Positions 19,106-28,967 of a stretch of DNA of 64,000 nt are shown here, piece by piece. Each line of letters opens with the position of its first letter. Position 1 is the stretch's first letter. The notes beneath the pieces were generated by a model. That model was not told where the DNA came from, did no database searches, and was given only the letters and a program-made list of their open reading frames with translations. A program made the translations under genes and the position numbers. Origin of the DNA: Deferribacterales bacterium (GTDB lineage: Bacteria; Chrysiogenota; Deferribacteres; Deferribacterales; Geovibrionaceae); assembly GCA_050253335.1 (NCBI GenBank), contig JBFWJG010000002.1:24269-88268 (forward strand), read 5' to 3'.

Positions 19106-19774
19106 CTACCCTTTCCCTTCAAGAACGACTGCAAAGGGAGCCTTGAGACCTTCGGGGAGCATATTGAGGATGTCGGTGGCGGTGCCTCTGTAGTTTTTTT
19201 CATCCGGCGTGGAGAGGCTGACGGAGAGAGAGATCTTTTTGCCTATGCCCCTGAGCTCCTCCAGTGTGCGGACGAGGGCGTAGGGGCGCTCGAAGATAAC
19301 CGCTGTCTGCTTGGTGTTTTTCATGTGATTGAAAAACTTGGCGCGCTCCTGCTTATCTTTGGGCGGAAAGCCCGCAAAAAGGAAGCTCTCCGCGTAAAAC
19401 CCGCTGACGGAAAGGGCGGCGGTTATGGCTGAAACCGCGTTCAGCGAACGAACCTCAACCCCTGCGTTTATGCACATATCCACAAAGTCATAACCGGGAT
19501 CGGCTATGCAGGGAGTACCCGCATCGGAGAAGAGAACAACTGTCCCTGCGGAGGTTACGGTTTCTATAAGCTCCTTCTTCTCTTCATCAGTGGAATGCTC
19601 GTTCAGAAGCCTGTGTTCGTAGCCCCGGCAGCCGACAGCGGCAAGGAAACGCAGAGTCGTTTTGCGCTCCTCGCCTATTATGAGATCCGCATTTTTGATT
19701 TCATCAAGCACATAGGCCGGAAGCTGTGAATAGTCGCCGCTTATGGGTGAGGCAAGTACCTTTAAAACCGCCAT
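19106..19774 (-). CDS. RsmI-like tetrapyrrole-methylase-family SAM-dependent methyltransferase
   Basis: SDAGTPCIADPG, F.GFPP, FERP motifs. Confidence 0.85.
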   Translation of the reverse strand: MAVLKVLASPISGDYSQLPAYVLDEIKNADLIIGEERKTTLRFLAAVGCRGYEHRLLNEHSTDEEKKELIETVTSAGTVVLFSDAGTPCIADPGYDFVDMCINAGVEVRSLNAVSAITAALSVSGFYAESFLFAGFPPKDKQERAKFFNHMKNTKQTAVIFERPYALVRTLEELRGIGKKISLSVSLSTPDEKNYRGTATDILNMLPEGLKAPFAVVLEGKG

Positions 19775-21042
19775 CAGCCTATTATCTCCGCTCCGCCGAG
19801 GTATGGGCGGAGAACATCGGGCACTTTTACACGGCCGTCCGGAAGCTGATAGTTCTCAAGCACGGCGAGGAATGTTCTCCCCACCGCAAGGCCTGAGCCG
19901 TTGAGCGTATAGACGAAATCCAGTCTTTTATCCCCCTGCTTGCGAAAGCGTATGTTCGCCCTGCGTGCCTGAAAATCAGTGAAACAGCTGCATGAGGAAA
20001 TCTCTCTGTAGCAGTTCTGACCGGGCAGCCAGACCTCAATGTCATAAGTTTTCGCTGACGCAAAACCTATATCGCCTGTGGAAAGGGTCATTACCCTGTA
20101 GTGGATTCCCAGAAGCTGGAGAATATTCTCCGCGTCACGGAGCAGAAGCTCAAGTTCCTGCCATCCGTCCTCCGGTCTGACAAGTTTCACAAGCTCAACC
20201 TTGTTGAACTGGTGCTGGCGGATAAGGCCGCGCACGTCTTTCCCGTGTGAGCCTGCCTCACGGCGGAAGCAGGGTGAATATGCGCAGTGTTTTATGGGCA
20301 GGGCTGATTCATCGAGAATTTCGCCCGCGTAAAGGTTTGTCACGGGTACTTCCGCAGTGGGGATAAGATAAAGTCCGTCACGCTCGCACTTGAACGCATC
20401 CTCCTCGAATTTGGGAAGCTGGCCTGTTCCGGTCATGGAGGCTGCATTCACAAGGAAAGGTGTCATAACCTCCGTGTAGCCCCTGGAGGACTGGGTGTCC
20501 AGCATGAAGTTGATAAGCGCTCTCTCAAGCTTAGCGCCCATGCCTGTATAAGCGGAGAAGCGGGCTCCGGCAACCTTCGTGCCGCGCTCGAAATCCACAA
20601 GTTTAAGGTTTTCCGCTATGTCCCAGTGAGGCTTTGCTTCAAAATCAAGGGAAGGCTTCGCCCCCCACTCACGGTAGAGAACATTGTCCTCCTCGCTTCT
20701 GCCTAAGGGGAGTGAATCATCCACAAGGTTCGGCAGGGTGAGAAGCATGGCCTTCTGCTTTTCCTGAATGGCGTCAAGCTCTTTGTCCATTTCGGATATG
20801 CGTTCTGAAACCAGCTTCATTTCCTTCTGGGCAGCGTCAACATCGCCGCCCTGTTTCTTTATGAGAGGGAATGACTTTGAGAAATCGTTCTTTTTCTTTT
20901 TAAGCTCTTCAACCTCAAAAATCAGCTTCTTTCTTTCATCATCCAGCCTGATCAGGGTGTCGAAGTCGAACTCGGCGCCTCTTCTGGCCGTTTTTTCCCT
21001 GACCAGTTCCTGATTTGCCGTTATATATTTAATATCAATCAT
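19774..21042 (-). CDS. serS: Serine--tRNA ligase
   Basis: LIPTAEVP, CFRREAGS, HQFNKVE, EISSCS, TLNGSGLAVGR. Confidence 0.99.
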   Translation of the reverse strand: MIDIKYITANQELVREKTARRGAEFDFDTLIRLDDERKKLIFEVEELKKKKNDFSKSFPLIKKQGGDVDAAQKEMKLVSERISEMDKELDAIQEKQKAMLLTLPNLVDDSLPLGRSEEDNVLYREWGAKPSLDFEAKPHWDIAENLKLVDFERGTKVAGARFSAYTGMGAKLERALINFMLDTQSSRGYTEVMTPFLVNAASMTGTGQLPKFEEDAFKCERDGLYLIPTAEVPVTNLYAGEILDESALPIKHCAYSPCFRREAGSHGKDVRGLIRQHQFNKVELVKLVRPEDGWQELELLLRDAENILQLLGIHYRVMTLSTGDIGFASAKTYDIEVWLPGQNCYREISSCSCFTDFQARRANIRFRKQGDKRLDFVYTLNGSGLAVGRTFLAVLENYQLPDGRVKVPDVLRPYLGGAEIIG

Positions 21043-21819
21043 CTAATTATTCTCCACGGTTCCAAGGTTGTCGGTTATTCTCGCCAGAAGTTTTGAAAGC
21101 TTCGATGTTATGTCCGATGAATACTTAGTGTTCGGGAACTCTCTTATAAGCGCCCTGTAATATTTGATCGCCTCCGCCTCGTAGCCGTCCTTATCAGCGT
21201 AATAGTCGCCCAGAATAGTCAGGCTCTCGGGATAAACATCGGTATCGGGATAGTTTTCCACAATGTACTGAAGCCTTCTGACCGCAGGGCGCTCCTTGTC
21301 TGTGCGGAGATAAAACTTAGCTATGATAAGCTCGCGCTCTCCGAGAAGCCCTCTGAGTTCGCGTATTTTGTCCGCAAGCTCGTATTCTTTCGAGTAGCCG
21401 GGGTTCTCGTTCCTCAGCTCGCTGAAAATACGCAGAGCTTCTTCGGCGTTTTTCATGTCCCTGTCCGGCGCGCCTATCTGCCTGTAGTAGCAGAGCCCGA
21501 GCCTCAGTTTCGCCCTCGGCGCATCGGACGAGTAGGGGTATATGCGCAGGTAAGTTTCATAGCTGGGAATTGCGAGCTCATAGTCTTTTCCGAGGAAATG
21601 GCTGTCCGCCAGAAAAATCTGCGCGTTCCCCGCCAGTTCGGGATCACCGGCGTTTCTGATCGCCGCTTCGAAGTGCTCCGCGGCGTCTTTATACTTTTTG
21701 CGCTCGAAATACTGCATGCCTTTCTTCATGCTTACTTCGGCGGGAATCTCTTTCGGGGGCTGTTTGGCGCAGGAAACCGCAATAACCATAGCCGTCAGTG
21801 CTACAAGGAGTTTACGCAT
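21043..21819 (-). CDS. bamD: Outer membrane protein assembly lipoprotein BamD
   Basis: Lipobox AVSC, TPRs, PDRD, ELIIAKFY, YPDT. Confidence 0.88.
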   Translation of the reverse strand: MRKLLVALTAMVIAVSCAKQPPKEIPAEVSMKKGMQYFERKKYKDAAEHFEAAIRNAGDPELAGNAQIFLADSHFLGKDYELAIPSYETYLRIYPYSSDAPRAKLRLGLCYYRQIGAPDRDMKNAEEALRIFSELRNENPGYSKEYELADKIRELRGLLGERELIIAKFYLRTDKERPAVRRLQYIVENYPDTDVYPESLTILGDYYADKDGYEAEAIKYYRALIREFPNTKYSSDITSKLSKLLARITDNLGTVENN

Positions 21820-21917
21820 CAGCTTTACCTCTGCTGTTTTTGTGGAAAATTTATTTTAATTATTGTTATTTCAGCCTTCAGGGAAAACTTTCCGAAAAAA
21901 ACTTTCCCTCAAAAATC

Positions 21918-23225
21918 CTAAAGCGGTCTTATGACCTCGCACACTATATCCGGATAGCTTATCTTCTCTATACGGCAGACATAAGGGCCGTAGCCGCTTA
22001 TCGCTTCCGAGTCGGTGAAGAGAACTTTTCCGTCCACCTCCGGAGCCTGAAACAGCGCTCTGCCTTCCATGAGGAAAGCGAACTCGTCGTTGGGCTTTTC
22101 GGCAAAGCAGATGATGTCACTTTTCTTAACTTTTTTCAAGCGTTCACGGGTGTTTTTTATCTGCGCCTTCCTGAGTGCGCCGATTCTTCCGCGCACCTTC
22201 CGGCCGTCCACCTTCATGCCCATTGCGGTGGCCTTTGTGCCCTCTTCGGGATAAAAGGGGAAGAAGCCCGCATAATCCGGCCTGTACTCTTTCACAAAGT
22301 CCAGAAGCTCGGCGAATTCCTCATCCGTTTCACCCGGGAAGCCCACTATCATCGTTGTGCGGATAAACGCATCGGGATCGATCTCCCTTATCATGCTGAA
22401 AACCCGCTTTATATCGTCCGGTGTTGATTTTCTGTTCATATCCCTGAGCACGCGGCTGTTTATGTGTTGGACGGGTATGTCGTAGTAGCTGAGGATTTTC
22501 TCGGAGTTTTTCACAAGCTTCACAAGCTCTTCCGTCACTCCGTCAGGGTTGAGGTACATTATCCTCACATAGAATCTGCCCTCTATTTTGTCTATCTCTT
22601 TGAGGAGTCTGCAGAGCATCGGCTTTTTGTAGATATCTGTTCCGTATTTTGTATTATCCTGCGAAACAAGGACAAATTCCTGAACCCCCTGTTCCTTGAG
22701 GGCGGTTATCTCATTGACTATGTCCTCAATGTGCCTTCCCGTGAGGTTTCCCCTGATGGAGGGAATGGTGCAGTATGTGCAGCGGTTGTTGCACCCTTCG
22801 GATATTTTGATGTATGCGCTGAAAGGCACTCCAGTGAGCACGCGCGCGCCGCCGTAAAGGAAATCGCGCTCCTTTTTCACAGGCTCCACGCCTTCAAGAT
22901 AAGCTATGACATCGCTCATTTTGCCGACGCCCGTGTGGAAATCTATCTCAGGCAGTTCACCCGCCACATCGTTCTTGAACCTCTCCGTCATGCAGCCTGT
23001 AACTATCAGCCTGGCAGAGGGCTTCTTGACCTGTGCCGCCTCAAGAACAGCTTCCACAGCCTCGTTCACCGCAGGTTCGATAAACCCGCAGGTGTTGATG
23101 ATTATCGCGTCCGCCTCGGTCATTTCAAGGGTTATCTCGTGCCCGCCCTGCTGAAGGGAGCCCATGAGATACTCAAGATCAACCTTGTTTTTTGAGCACC
23201 CTAAACTTATGTAAGAAATCTTCAT
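21918..23225 (-). CDS. rimO: Ribosomal protein S12 methylthiotransferase
   Basis: SLGCSKN.VD, NTCGFI, CxxxCxxC radical SAM, QAPEVDG. Confidence 0.95.
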   Translation of the reverse strand: MKISYISLGCSKNKVDLEYLMGSLQQGGHEITLEMTEADAIIINTCGFIEPAVNEAVEAVLEAAQVKKPSARLIVTGCMTERFKNDVAGELPEIDFHTGVGKMSDVIAYLEGVEPVKKERDFLYGGARVLTGVPFSAYIKISEGCNNRCTYCTIPSIRGNLTGRHIEDIVNEITALKEQGVQEFVLVSQDNTKYGTDIYKKPMLCRLLKEIDKIEGRFYVRIMYLNPDGVTEELVKLVKNSEKILSYYDIPVQHINSRVLRDMNRKSTPDDIKRVFSMIREIDPDAFIRTTMIVGFPGETDEEFAELLDFVKEYRPDYAGFFPFYPEEGTKATAMGMKVDGRKVRGRIGALRKAQIKNTRERLKKVKKSDIICFAEKPNDEFAFLMEGRALFQAPEVDGKVLFTDSEAISGYGPYVCRIEKISYPDIVCEVIRPL

Positions 23226-23267
23226 ATTGTCCTTTTATTTTGTATTTTTTATCTGCGCAGAGGCTTT

Positions 23268-24194
23268 TCAGTATCCGTTTTCCTCAAACCATTTCTTCGC
23301 AATTATGCAGTCATTATCTATCGCCTTTATGAGAGTTTCAACATCCGGAAACTTCTCCTCAGGACGGATGTATTTAAGCAGCTCTATCTCCGTTTCTTTT
23401 CCGTAAATATCTCTGCTGAAATCGAATATGTGCGTTTCCACCTTCATCTGATCCGGAAAGCTGAATGTGGGTCTTCTGCCTATGTTGGTGACGGATTTAT
23501 AACGCTCACCGTCAATGACCGCCATGCTGATATAGATTCCCGCTTTTGGGATCAGTTCATTCCTGAAGTCTATGTTGGCGGTGGGGTAGCCCAGCCGTCT
23601 GCCCACTTTGTTTCCGTCCACGACCTTTCCCTCTATGAAAAACGGACGGCCGAGGAATTCTCCGGCCTTTTCCATATTCCCCTCAAGGAGGAAGCTGCGG
23701 ATATTTGTGCTGGAAACCGTAACTTTTCCGCAGGTGACTTTCGGAACGCGGACTGCGGTGAAACCGTATTTCCTGCCGAGGGTGACAAGCAGGTTGTAGT
23801 CTCCGCTTCTCGCCCTGCCGAAGCGGTAGTCATAACCCACAATGATCACTGCGGCACGGAGCTTTTTCACCAGAAACTCCCTGACGAAGACTTCCGGATC
23901 AATATCAGCGAACCTGCGGCTGAATTCAAGTATGAACATTGTTTCCACACCGGCCTCAGCGAAGGCTCTGATTTTGGATTCCTCTGTCATTATCAGCTTG
24001 AGATCAGCGCCGAAAAACTTCATCGGGTGCGGCTGAAAGGTTACCACGGCAGGCACGAGCCCCTTGGTCCGTGCTATGCTGCACAGCCTGTCTGTTATGG
24101 CTTTGTGCCCCAGATGGAAGCCGTCAAAGTTTCCCAGAACCACTGCGTGTGGTCTTTCGGTAAAAAGCGTGTCTATATTCCGGACTACCTGCAT
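23268..24194 (-). CDS. ribF: Bifunctional riboflavin kinase/FAD synthetase
   Basis: GNFDGFHLGH, VGYDYRFG, SSTNIR, GYPTAN; likely start MQVVRN. Confidence 0.96.
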   Translation of the reverse strand: MQVVRNIDTLFTERPHAVVLGNFDGFHLGHKAITDRLCSIARTKGLVPAVVTFQPHPMKFFGADLKLIMTEESKIRAFAEAGVETMFILEFSRRFADIDPEVFVREFLVKKLRAAVIIVGYDYRFGRARSGDYNLLVTLGRKYGFTAVRVPKVTCGKVTVSSTNIRSFLLEGNMEKAGEFLGRPFFIEGKVVDGNKVGRRLGYPTANIDFRNELIPKAGIYISMAVIDGERYKSVTNIGRRPTFSFPDQMKVETHIFDFSRDIYGKETEIELLKYIRPEEKFPDVETLIKAIDNDCIIAKKWFEENGY

Positions 24195-24361
24195 TGCGCC
24201 AAAATATTCCAAACGGAACAGATGCGCAAGAATTTTCAGAAATATAACCTCTTTGTATCCGCCCGCTAAACTAAACTGCACTTTTGCCGAAAAAACGTGT
24301 ATAGGTATGTTTGGTATTTTAGAAGTATAATTGTATTAACATTATCATTCGGCGGGTATAT

Positions 24362-26113
24362 ATGTTCCTTTCAAAAAAGCACACGGTTTATGTCAAGAAC
24401 ATGGATATAAGCTTTGAGGTCAAATCCGGCAAAAACCTTTTCTCTGCGCTGGAGGAGAACGGAATAAAAATTTCTAACCTCTGCAGCGGCAACGGACAGT
24501 GCGGCAAATGCAAGGTGAGGATTGAGAGCAAAAATATCAACAAACCCACACGTCTTGAACGGAGATCCCTTTCGGAACTCAGCATAAGCATGGGGATCCG
24601 CCTCGCGTGCGAGTATTCTGTTAAAAGCGATATAGTAATAGACACTGACGAACCCACAAGAAGGGCGAACGAAGACCCGTGCGTTCTTTCAGTGCAGACC
24701 CTTGCCAATATAGAATCCGTTTCCGGTAATGATGATGTTTACGGCGCTGACGACCTGCCCCCAATGCCTGAAAACAGCACGGAAGAACAGGAAATACCGG
24801 CGGAATCCGAAAACGAAGAGCAGGACGAAAACGAGTTTAAATCAGTTCTGACAGGGGGCATGTTCCGCCCGCAGGAAGAGCCTGAATACGAAGAAACTGA
24901 GGAAACAGAAGAGGAACCCCGACCCGAGGAAGAACCCGAAGAAGAGAGTGAGCCCGTCATTGTGAAATACACCGAGCCTGAGCCGGAGGAAATACCGGAG
25001 GAGGAGAGGGATGTGGACTACAGCACAGACGGCATACTCCTCATTCAGGCACCGAGAGGCATCACCTATTTCCATTATTCCGCAGGGATAGGCGGCATCT
25101 CCGCCAAGGATTTCATAGAGACCGACAGAACACTGGCTGATCTTCTGCGATGCGGCGAGCTCAAACAGTTTCTGGATGCAAGCCTCCGCTACAGCGGATA
25201 CGAAAGGGCAATACTCATCCTCAGTGAAAAGCACTTCGAGGGCGAGAATGTTTTCGGCCTGATAAACTACTGCTCCTTCACGGATAACGGTCTGTTCTGC
25301 GAGGTTATTCAGCCCTCCGGCTCACCCAAGGATATCCTCAAGTTCTTCCGCTTCCTTAACCAGACATCAGGACGGAAAATGATAATACCCCTTGATGCGC
25401 TTGAGAAAATTTACTTTTTCAACAGCGGCACGATCATGGGGATAGACGCTTCTCTCAGGAGCGATTTCCTCTTTGAACACATAAAAACCGGAGGCAAAAA
25501 CCCCGTTACCAAAATATCGGAAGACCTCATGGGCTATGAGAAGAAGAACGCGGATCTCCCGCCGGACTCTGTATCCCTCTCTGTGCTGTTTAAAACAGCC
25601 GCCCTGCTTTACAGCAAAGGGCTTCTTTCCAGGCAGTTCAAGCTGGCGGACAAGATGTCCCTCGTGGGTGACGGTCTTGAGGGCGGACACCACATACGCC
25701 TCATAGCAAAGTTCACAAGCCAGTCATTCAAAATAGACTCCGGCCACGGAATCCTGATACCGCAGGCGGCCTTTGACGATCTCTTTGTGCTGCGCAATTT
25801 CATACACGCCGCCGTCAAATATGCCGAGAAGCGCTGCGGCAAGCCGGACACGGTGATCTTCTATTCCCTGTTCCCCGTGAAGGAGCTGGCGGACAGCATG
25901 ATCACCCTTGAGATGGTTCCCAAGAGGTATCACGAGGTGATACGCACCTTCTCCGAGGACCCGACTCTTTTTGCCATTAACTTTTTCCACAAATCAACGG
26001 TTCTTTCATACATTGAAAGCACGCTCAAGATGGGTGAGGATATTTCTCTGGATGATGAAATCTTTGAAGGAATATTCGAAAAAGTTAAGGCCGAATTCGA
26101 AGGCGAAGGATAA
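24362..26113 (+). CDS. 2Fe-2S ferredoxin-domain protein with acidic linker and divergent RACo/DUF4445-like C-terminus
   Basis: CSGNGQCGKC...RLAC at N-terminus; long Glu/Pro-rich region; C-terminal assignment is inference. Confidence 0.65.
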   Translation: MFLSKKHTVYVKNMDISFEVKSGKNLFSALEENGIKISNLCSGNGQCGKCKVRIESKNINKPTRLERRSLSELSISMGIRLACEYSVKSDIVIDTDEPTRRANEDPCVLSVQTLANIESVSGNDDVYGADDLPPMPENSTEEQEIPAESENEEQDENEFKSVLTGGMFRPQEEPEYEETEETEEEPRPEEEPEEESEPVIVKYTEPEPEEIPEEERDVDYSTDGILLIQAPRGITYFHYSAGIGGISAKDFIETDRTLADLLRCGELKQFLDASLRYSGYERAILILSEKHFEGENVFGLINYCSFTDNGLFCEVIQPSGSPKDILKFFRFLNQTSGRKMIIPLDALEKIYFFNSGTIMGIDASLRSDFLFEHIKTGGKNPVTKISEDLMGYEKKNADLPPDSVSLSVLFKTAALLYSKGLLSRQFKLADKMSLVGDGLEGGHHIRLIAKFTSQSFKIDSGHGILIPQAAFDDLFVLRNFIHAAVKYAEKRCGKPDTVIFYSLFPVKELADSMITLEMVPKRYHEVIRTFSEDPTLFAINFFHKSTVLSYIESTLKMGEDISLDDEIFEGIFEKVKAEFEGEG

Positions 26114-26272
26114 AGAAAAAGGCACATGGATTACATGTGCCATTTATCTTCTGTTTTCAGACTGAAGTTCCTATATAAGCCTATACGGCGTACTCTGCCG
26201 AATCAGACAGGCTGTCTCTTATCTTTTTAACCTTTGTTTAGTCAACAGATACATAACAGCCGCGAAAAATAT

Positions 26273-26300
26273 TGCTCAGCCTGTTTAAACGGGCTGAGCA
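26273..26300. terminator. Hairpin just downstream of DUF1566 gene (terminator or cruciform)
   Basis: tgctcagcctgtt-ta-aacgggctgagca. Confidence 0.6.
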
Positions 26301-26313
26301 GAGATTTTTAAGG

Positions 26314-28272
26314 CTAAAGTCCTCCGCGCACACAACGCAGGTAGCTGGGGAAAGCATTACTCCAGCTGCGGGAGCGTGAAAGGCCGTTGCCGAAGCCCAC
26401 AACCCAGGATTTCGATGAATCTTCAGCACTCAGCGTGGACGACCTGTATTCATATAATGAACTCGTGTTCTGGAATACAGGACTTATCGCAGGGGCGCTT
26501 CTTGTGTCATCCAGAACTGAGAGAAGCTCAGTTATAGTAGGCAAACGCCAGTCTGTATAACCGCCTAAAGCAAGTGCATCGCAATAGCTGACTGCTCCCG
26601 AAAAGGCTACTGCTGTTGAGGCGGCTCCTGCGTTATCCTGCCATTGAAGACCGGTTGTGCTGTCCGTGACAGTTTCATCCGCACCGTTTCTGCTTAAATT
26701 GCTGTCTGGAAGCTGAGCACCGCGCACGCATCGCGCTGAATAGCCGGATGTTTTATCTTCAGAACTGCTGAAGCCTGTCTGGAAGCTGACGTACCATGCG
26801 GATAGCGGTATATCCGCCACATCTGTGGATGACCAGTAATAGGCTGTTGACGAAGCAATGTTCTGGAACGCAGGATTTATAGCAGGATTGTATCTGCCGT
26901 AATCCAGTGTAGTCACAAGCTCTTTTCTGCTGGGCAGACGCCAGTCAGTGTATCCGCCGAAGGAAAGATCATCGCAATAGTCCACTGCCTGCTGCCATGT
27001 TCTTGCTGTTGACGCTGATACAGCATCATCCTGCCACTGAAGTCCCGTTGTATGGTCGGTAACTGTTTCATTTGTCCTGCTGAAAGTGGAAACAGTTATA
27101 CTGAAAGCGGGAAGTGAATCGGTTCCGCCGTGACCGTCCGTAACTGTGATTACTATGCCGCTGTATGTGTCAATATCGCTGTTTGCCGGCGTGCCTGTTA
27201 ACGCACCCGTTGTTGTGCTGAAAGCCGCCCATGAGGGCTTGCCTGTTATGCTGAATTCGAGAGTGTGGCCGTCAGCATCATTTGATGTCGGAGTAAAGCC
27301 GTAAGCTGTTCCCGGAACTGCATAGGAAGCGGGTGTTCCGCTTATTGTCGGCGGTGTGTTCAGAAAGTTTACGGTTATGCTGAACGCGGGGAGTGAAGCC
27401 GTTCCGCCGTGACCGTCCGTAACCGTGATTATTATACCGCTGTCAGTACCCACATTGATGCTTGCAGGTGTGCCTGTCAGAGCACCCGTAGCTGTGCTGA
27501 AAGCCGCCCATGAGGGCTTGTTTGTTATGCTGAATGTCAGCGTGTGGCCGTCCGTATCGTCTGCTGTCGGCGTAAAGCTGTAGGCAGTTCCGTTGGTTAC
27601 TGCGGCGGCGGGTGTTCCGCTTATAGTCGGCGGAGTATTCAGCAGGTTCACAGTTATACTGAACGCGGGGAGTGACGCTGTTCCGCCGTTTCCGTCCGTG
27701 ACTGTGATTATTATACCGCCGTATGTGCCGACATTGCCGTTTGAAGGCGTACCTGTTAAAGCTCCCGTAGCTGTGCTGAAATCTGCCCAGTCGGGCTTGT
27801 TTGCTATACTGAAAGTCAAAGTATCGCCGTCGGAATCATTTACCGTCGGGGTGAATGAGAACTCACTCCCGGCCGTCACCCCTGCTGAGGGGGTTCCGCT
27901 TATTGTCGGCGGTGTGTTATCGAGGGTTACTGTTATACTGAAAGCTGGAAGTGAGGCTGTTCCGCCGCTTCCGTCCGAAACTGAAATAACTATTCCCCCG
28001 TACATTCCTGTATCGGCTTCTGACGGAGTTCCGATGAGTGCTCCTGTGGAAATGTTGAAACCGGCCCACACTGGCTTGTTTTCTATGCTGAATGTAAGTA
28101 CATCGCCGTCGGAGTCATCTGCCGCCGGAATAAATGAATACTCACTGCCTGCAGTTATGCCTGCGGCAGGTGTACCGCTTATTGTCGGCGCATTGTTGCC
28201 GCCCCCTTCGCCGCCCCCGCAGCCGTACAAACTCAAACTGAATAAAAACAACAGTACGTACACAAATCTCAT
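26314..28272 (-). CDS. Lipoprotein with four putative Ig (He_PIG-like) repeats and two DUF1566/Lcl-C domains
   Basis: RBS aaggag, lipobox LYGC; 4 x 93 aa PTISGTP...LPAFSITV repeats; 2 x TVTD..TGLQWQ...DWRLP...RCVRG. Confidence 0.88.
   Translation of the reverse strand: MRFVYVLLFLFSLSLYGCGGGEGGGNNAPTISGTPAAGITAGSEYSFIPAADDSDGDVLTFSIENKPVWAGFNISTGALIGTPSEADTGMYGGIVISVSDGSGGTASLPAFSITVTLDNTPPTISGTPSAGVTAGSEFSFTPTVNDSDGDTLTFSIANKPDWADFSTATGALTGTPSNGNVGTYGGIIITVTDGNGGTASLPAFSITVNLLNTPPTISGTPAAAVTNGTAYSFTPTADDTDGHTLTFSITNKPSWAAFSTATGALTGTPASINVGTDSGIIITVTDGHGGTASLPAFSITVNFLNTPPTISGTPASYAVPGTAYGFTPTSNDADGHTLEFSITGKPSWAAFSTTTGALTGTPANSDIDTYSGIVITVTDGHGGTDSLPAFSITVSTFSRTNETVTDHTTGLQWQDDAVSASTARTWQQAVDYCDDLSFGGYTDWRLPSRKELVTTLDYGRYNPAINPAFQNIASSTAYYWSSTDVADIPLSAWYVSFQTGFSSSEDKTSGYSARCVRGAQLPDSNLSRNGADETVTDSTTGLQWQDNAGAASTAVAFSGAVSYCDALALGGYTDWRLPTITELLSVLDDTRSAPAISPVFQNTSSLYEYRSSTLSAEDSSKSWVVGFGNGLSRSRSWSNAFPSYLRCVRGGL
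27085..28194 (-). repeat. Four intragenic tandem repeats, 279 bp period
   Basis: ccgcttat anchor at 27338, 27617, 27896, 28175. Confidence 0.9.
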
Positions 28273-28531
28273 AATAACCTTTCTCCTTAATAATGAAACT
28301 TTTTGAGATGACACTCATCCGTGAAATGATAGATTGAAATGATGTAAACTCTTAACTACTTTACTGATCTTTTTTTAAAAATGAATATCTAATTCACTTT
28401 TTGCCCTTTATTGCTCAATTTAATTTTTTTTATTAGTCATATATAATTACGTATTGTGCACAGATGACGGTTTCTGATGAATTTTAAGTGAGTAAGATGG
28501 CAGGATTCAGTTTCTGTAACCGGACAAATAT

Positions 28532-28561
28532 AAAAGCCGCCTAAAATGGCGGCTTATTTTT
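28532..28561. terminator. Intrinsic terminator
   Basis: aaaagccgcc-taaaat-ggcggcttatttt. Confidence 0.7.
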
Positions 28562-28596
28562 CTGAATAATGAGAAAGTCTTAAAATATTTCTGAAG

Positions 28597-28965
28597 TTAT
28601 TTCATCGCTATGACTGTGTTCACGGCTTCCATGAGCTCCGCCGCGCGCACCGGCTTGTTGAGGTAGATAACCACACCGCCGTCCGTGGCTTTTTTATAGG
28701 TCTTAAACGAGCCGAATGCGGTGATCATGATTGCTTTTGCGTTTTTATCTATCTGTTTCAGTCTTTCCAGAAAGGCGAGCCCGTCCATTTCGGGCATACG
28801 CAGGTCGGTCACCACTATGTCAAATTTATCCTGTTTGAGAAGTTCGATGGCCTTAAACGCATCTTCGGCAGTGCTTACCTTGAAATTTTCCATCTCAAGC
28901 ACTTCCGCATAGCCCATGCGTGTGTGCTCTTCATCGTCCACGACAAGAATCTTAATATCATTCAT
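28597..28965 (-). CDS. Single-domain response regulator (REC)
   Basis: ILVVDDE, VTDLRMP, ITAFG, KP. Confidence 0.93.
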   Translation of the reverse strand: MNDIKILVVDDEEHTRMGYAEVLEMENFKVSTAEDAFKAIELLKQDKFDIVVTDLRMPEMDGLAFLERLKQIDKNAKAIMITAFGSFKTYKKATDGGVVIYLNKPVRAAELMEAVNTVIAMK

Positions 28966-28967
28966 GT

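Noticed and set aside
26114..28596. Genomic island or prophage around the DUF1566 gene
   Set aside because: Single gene with an AT-rich flank; no integrase, att repeat or tRNA anchor seen
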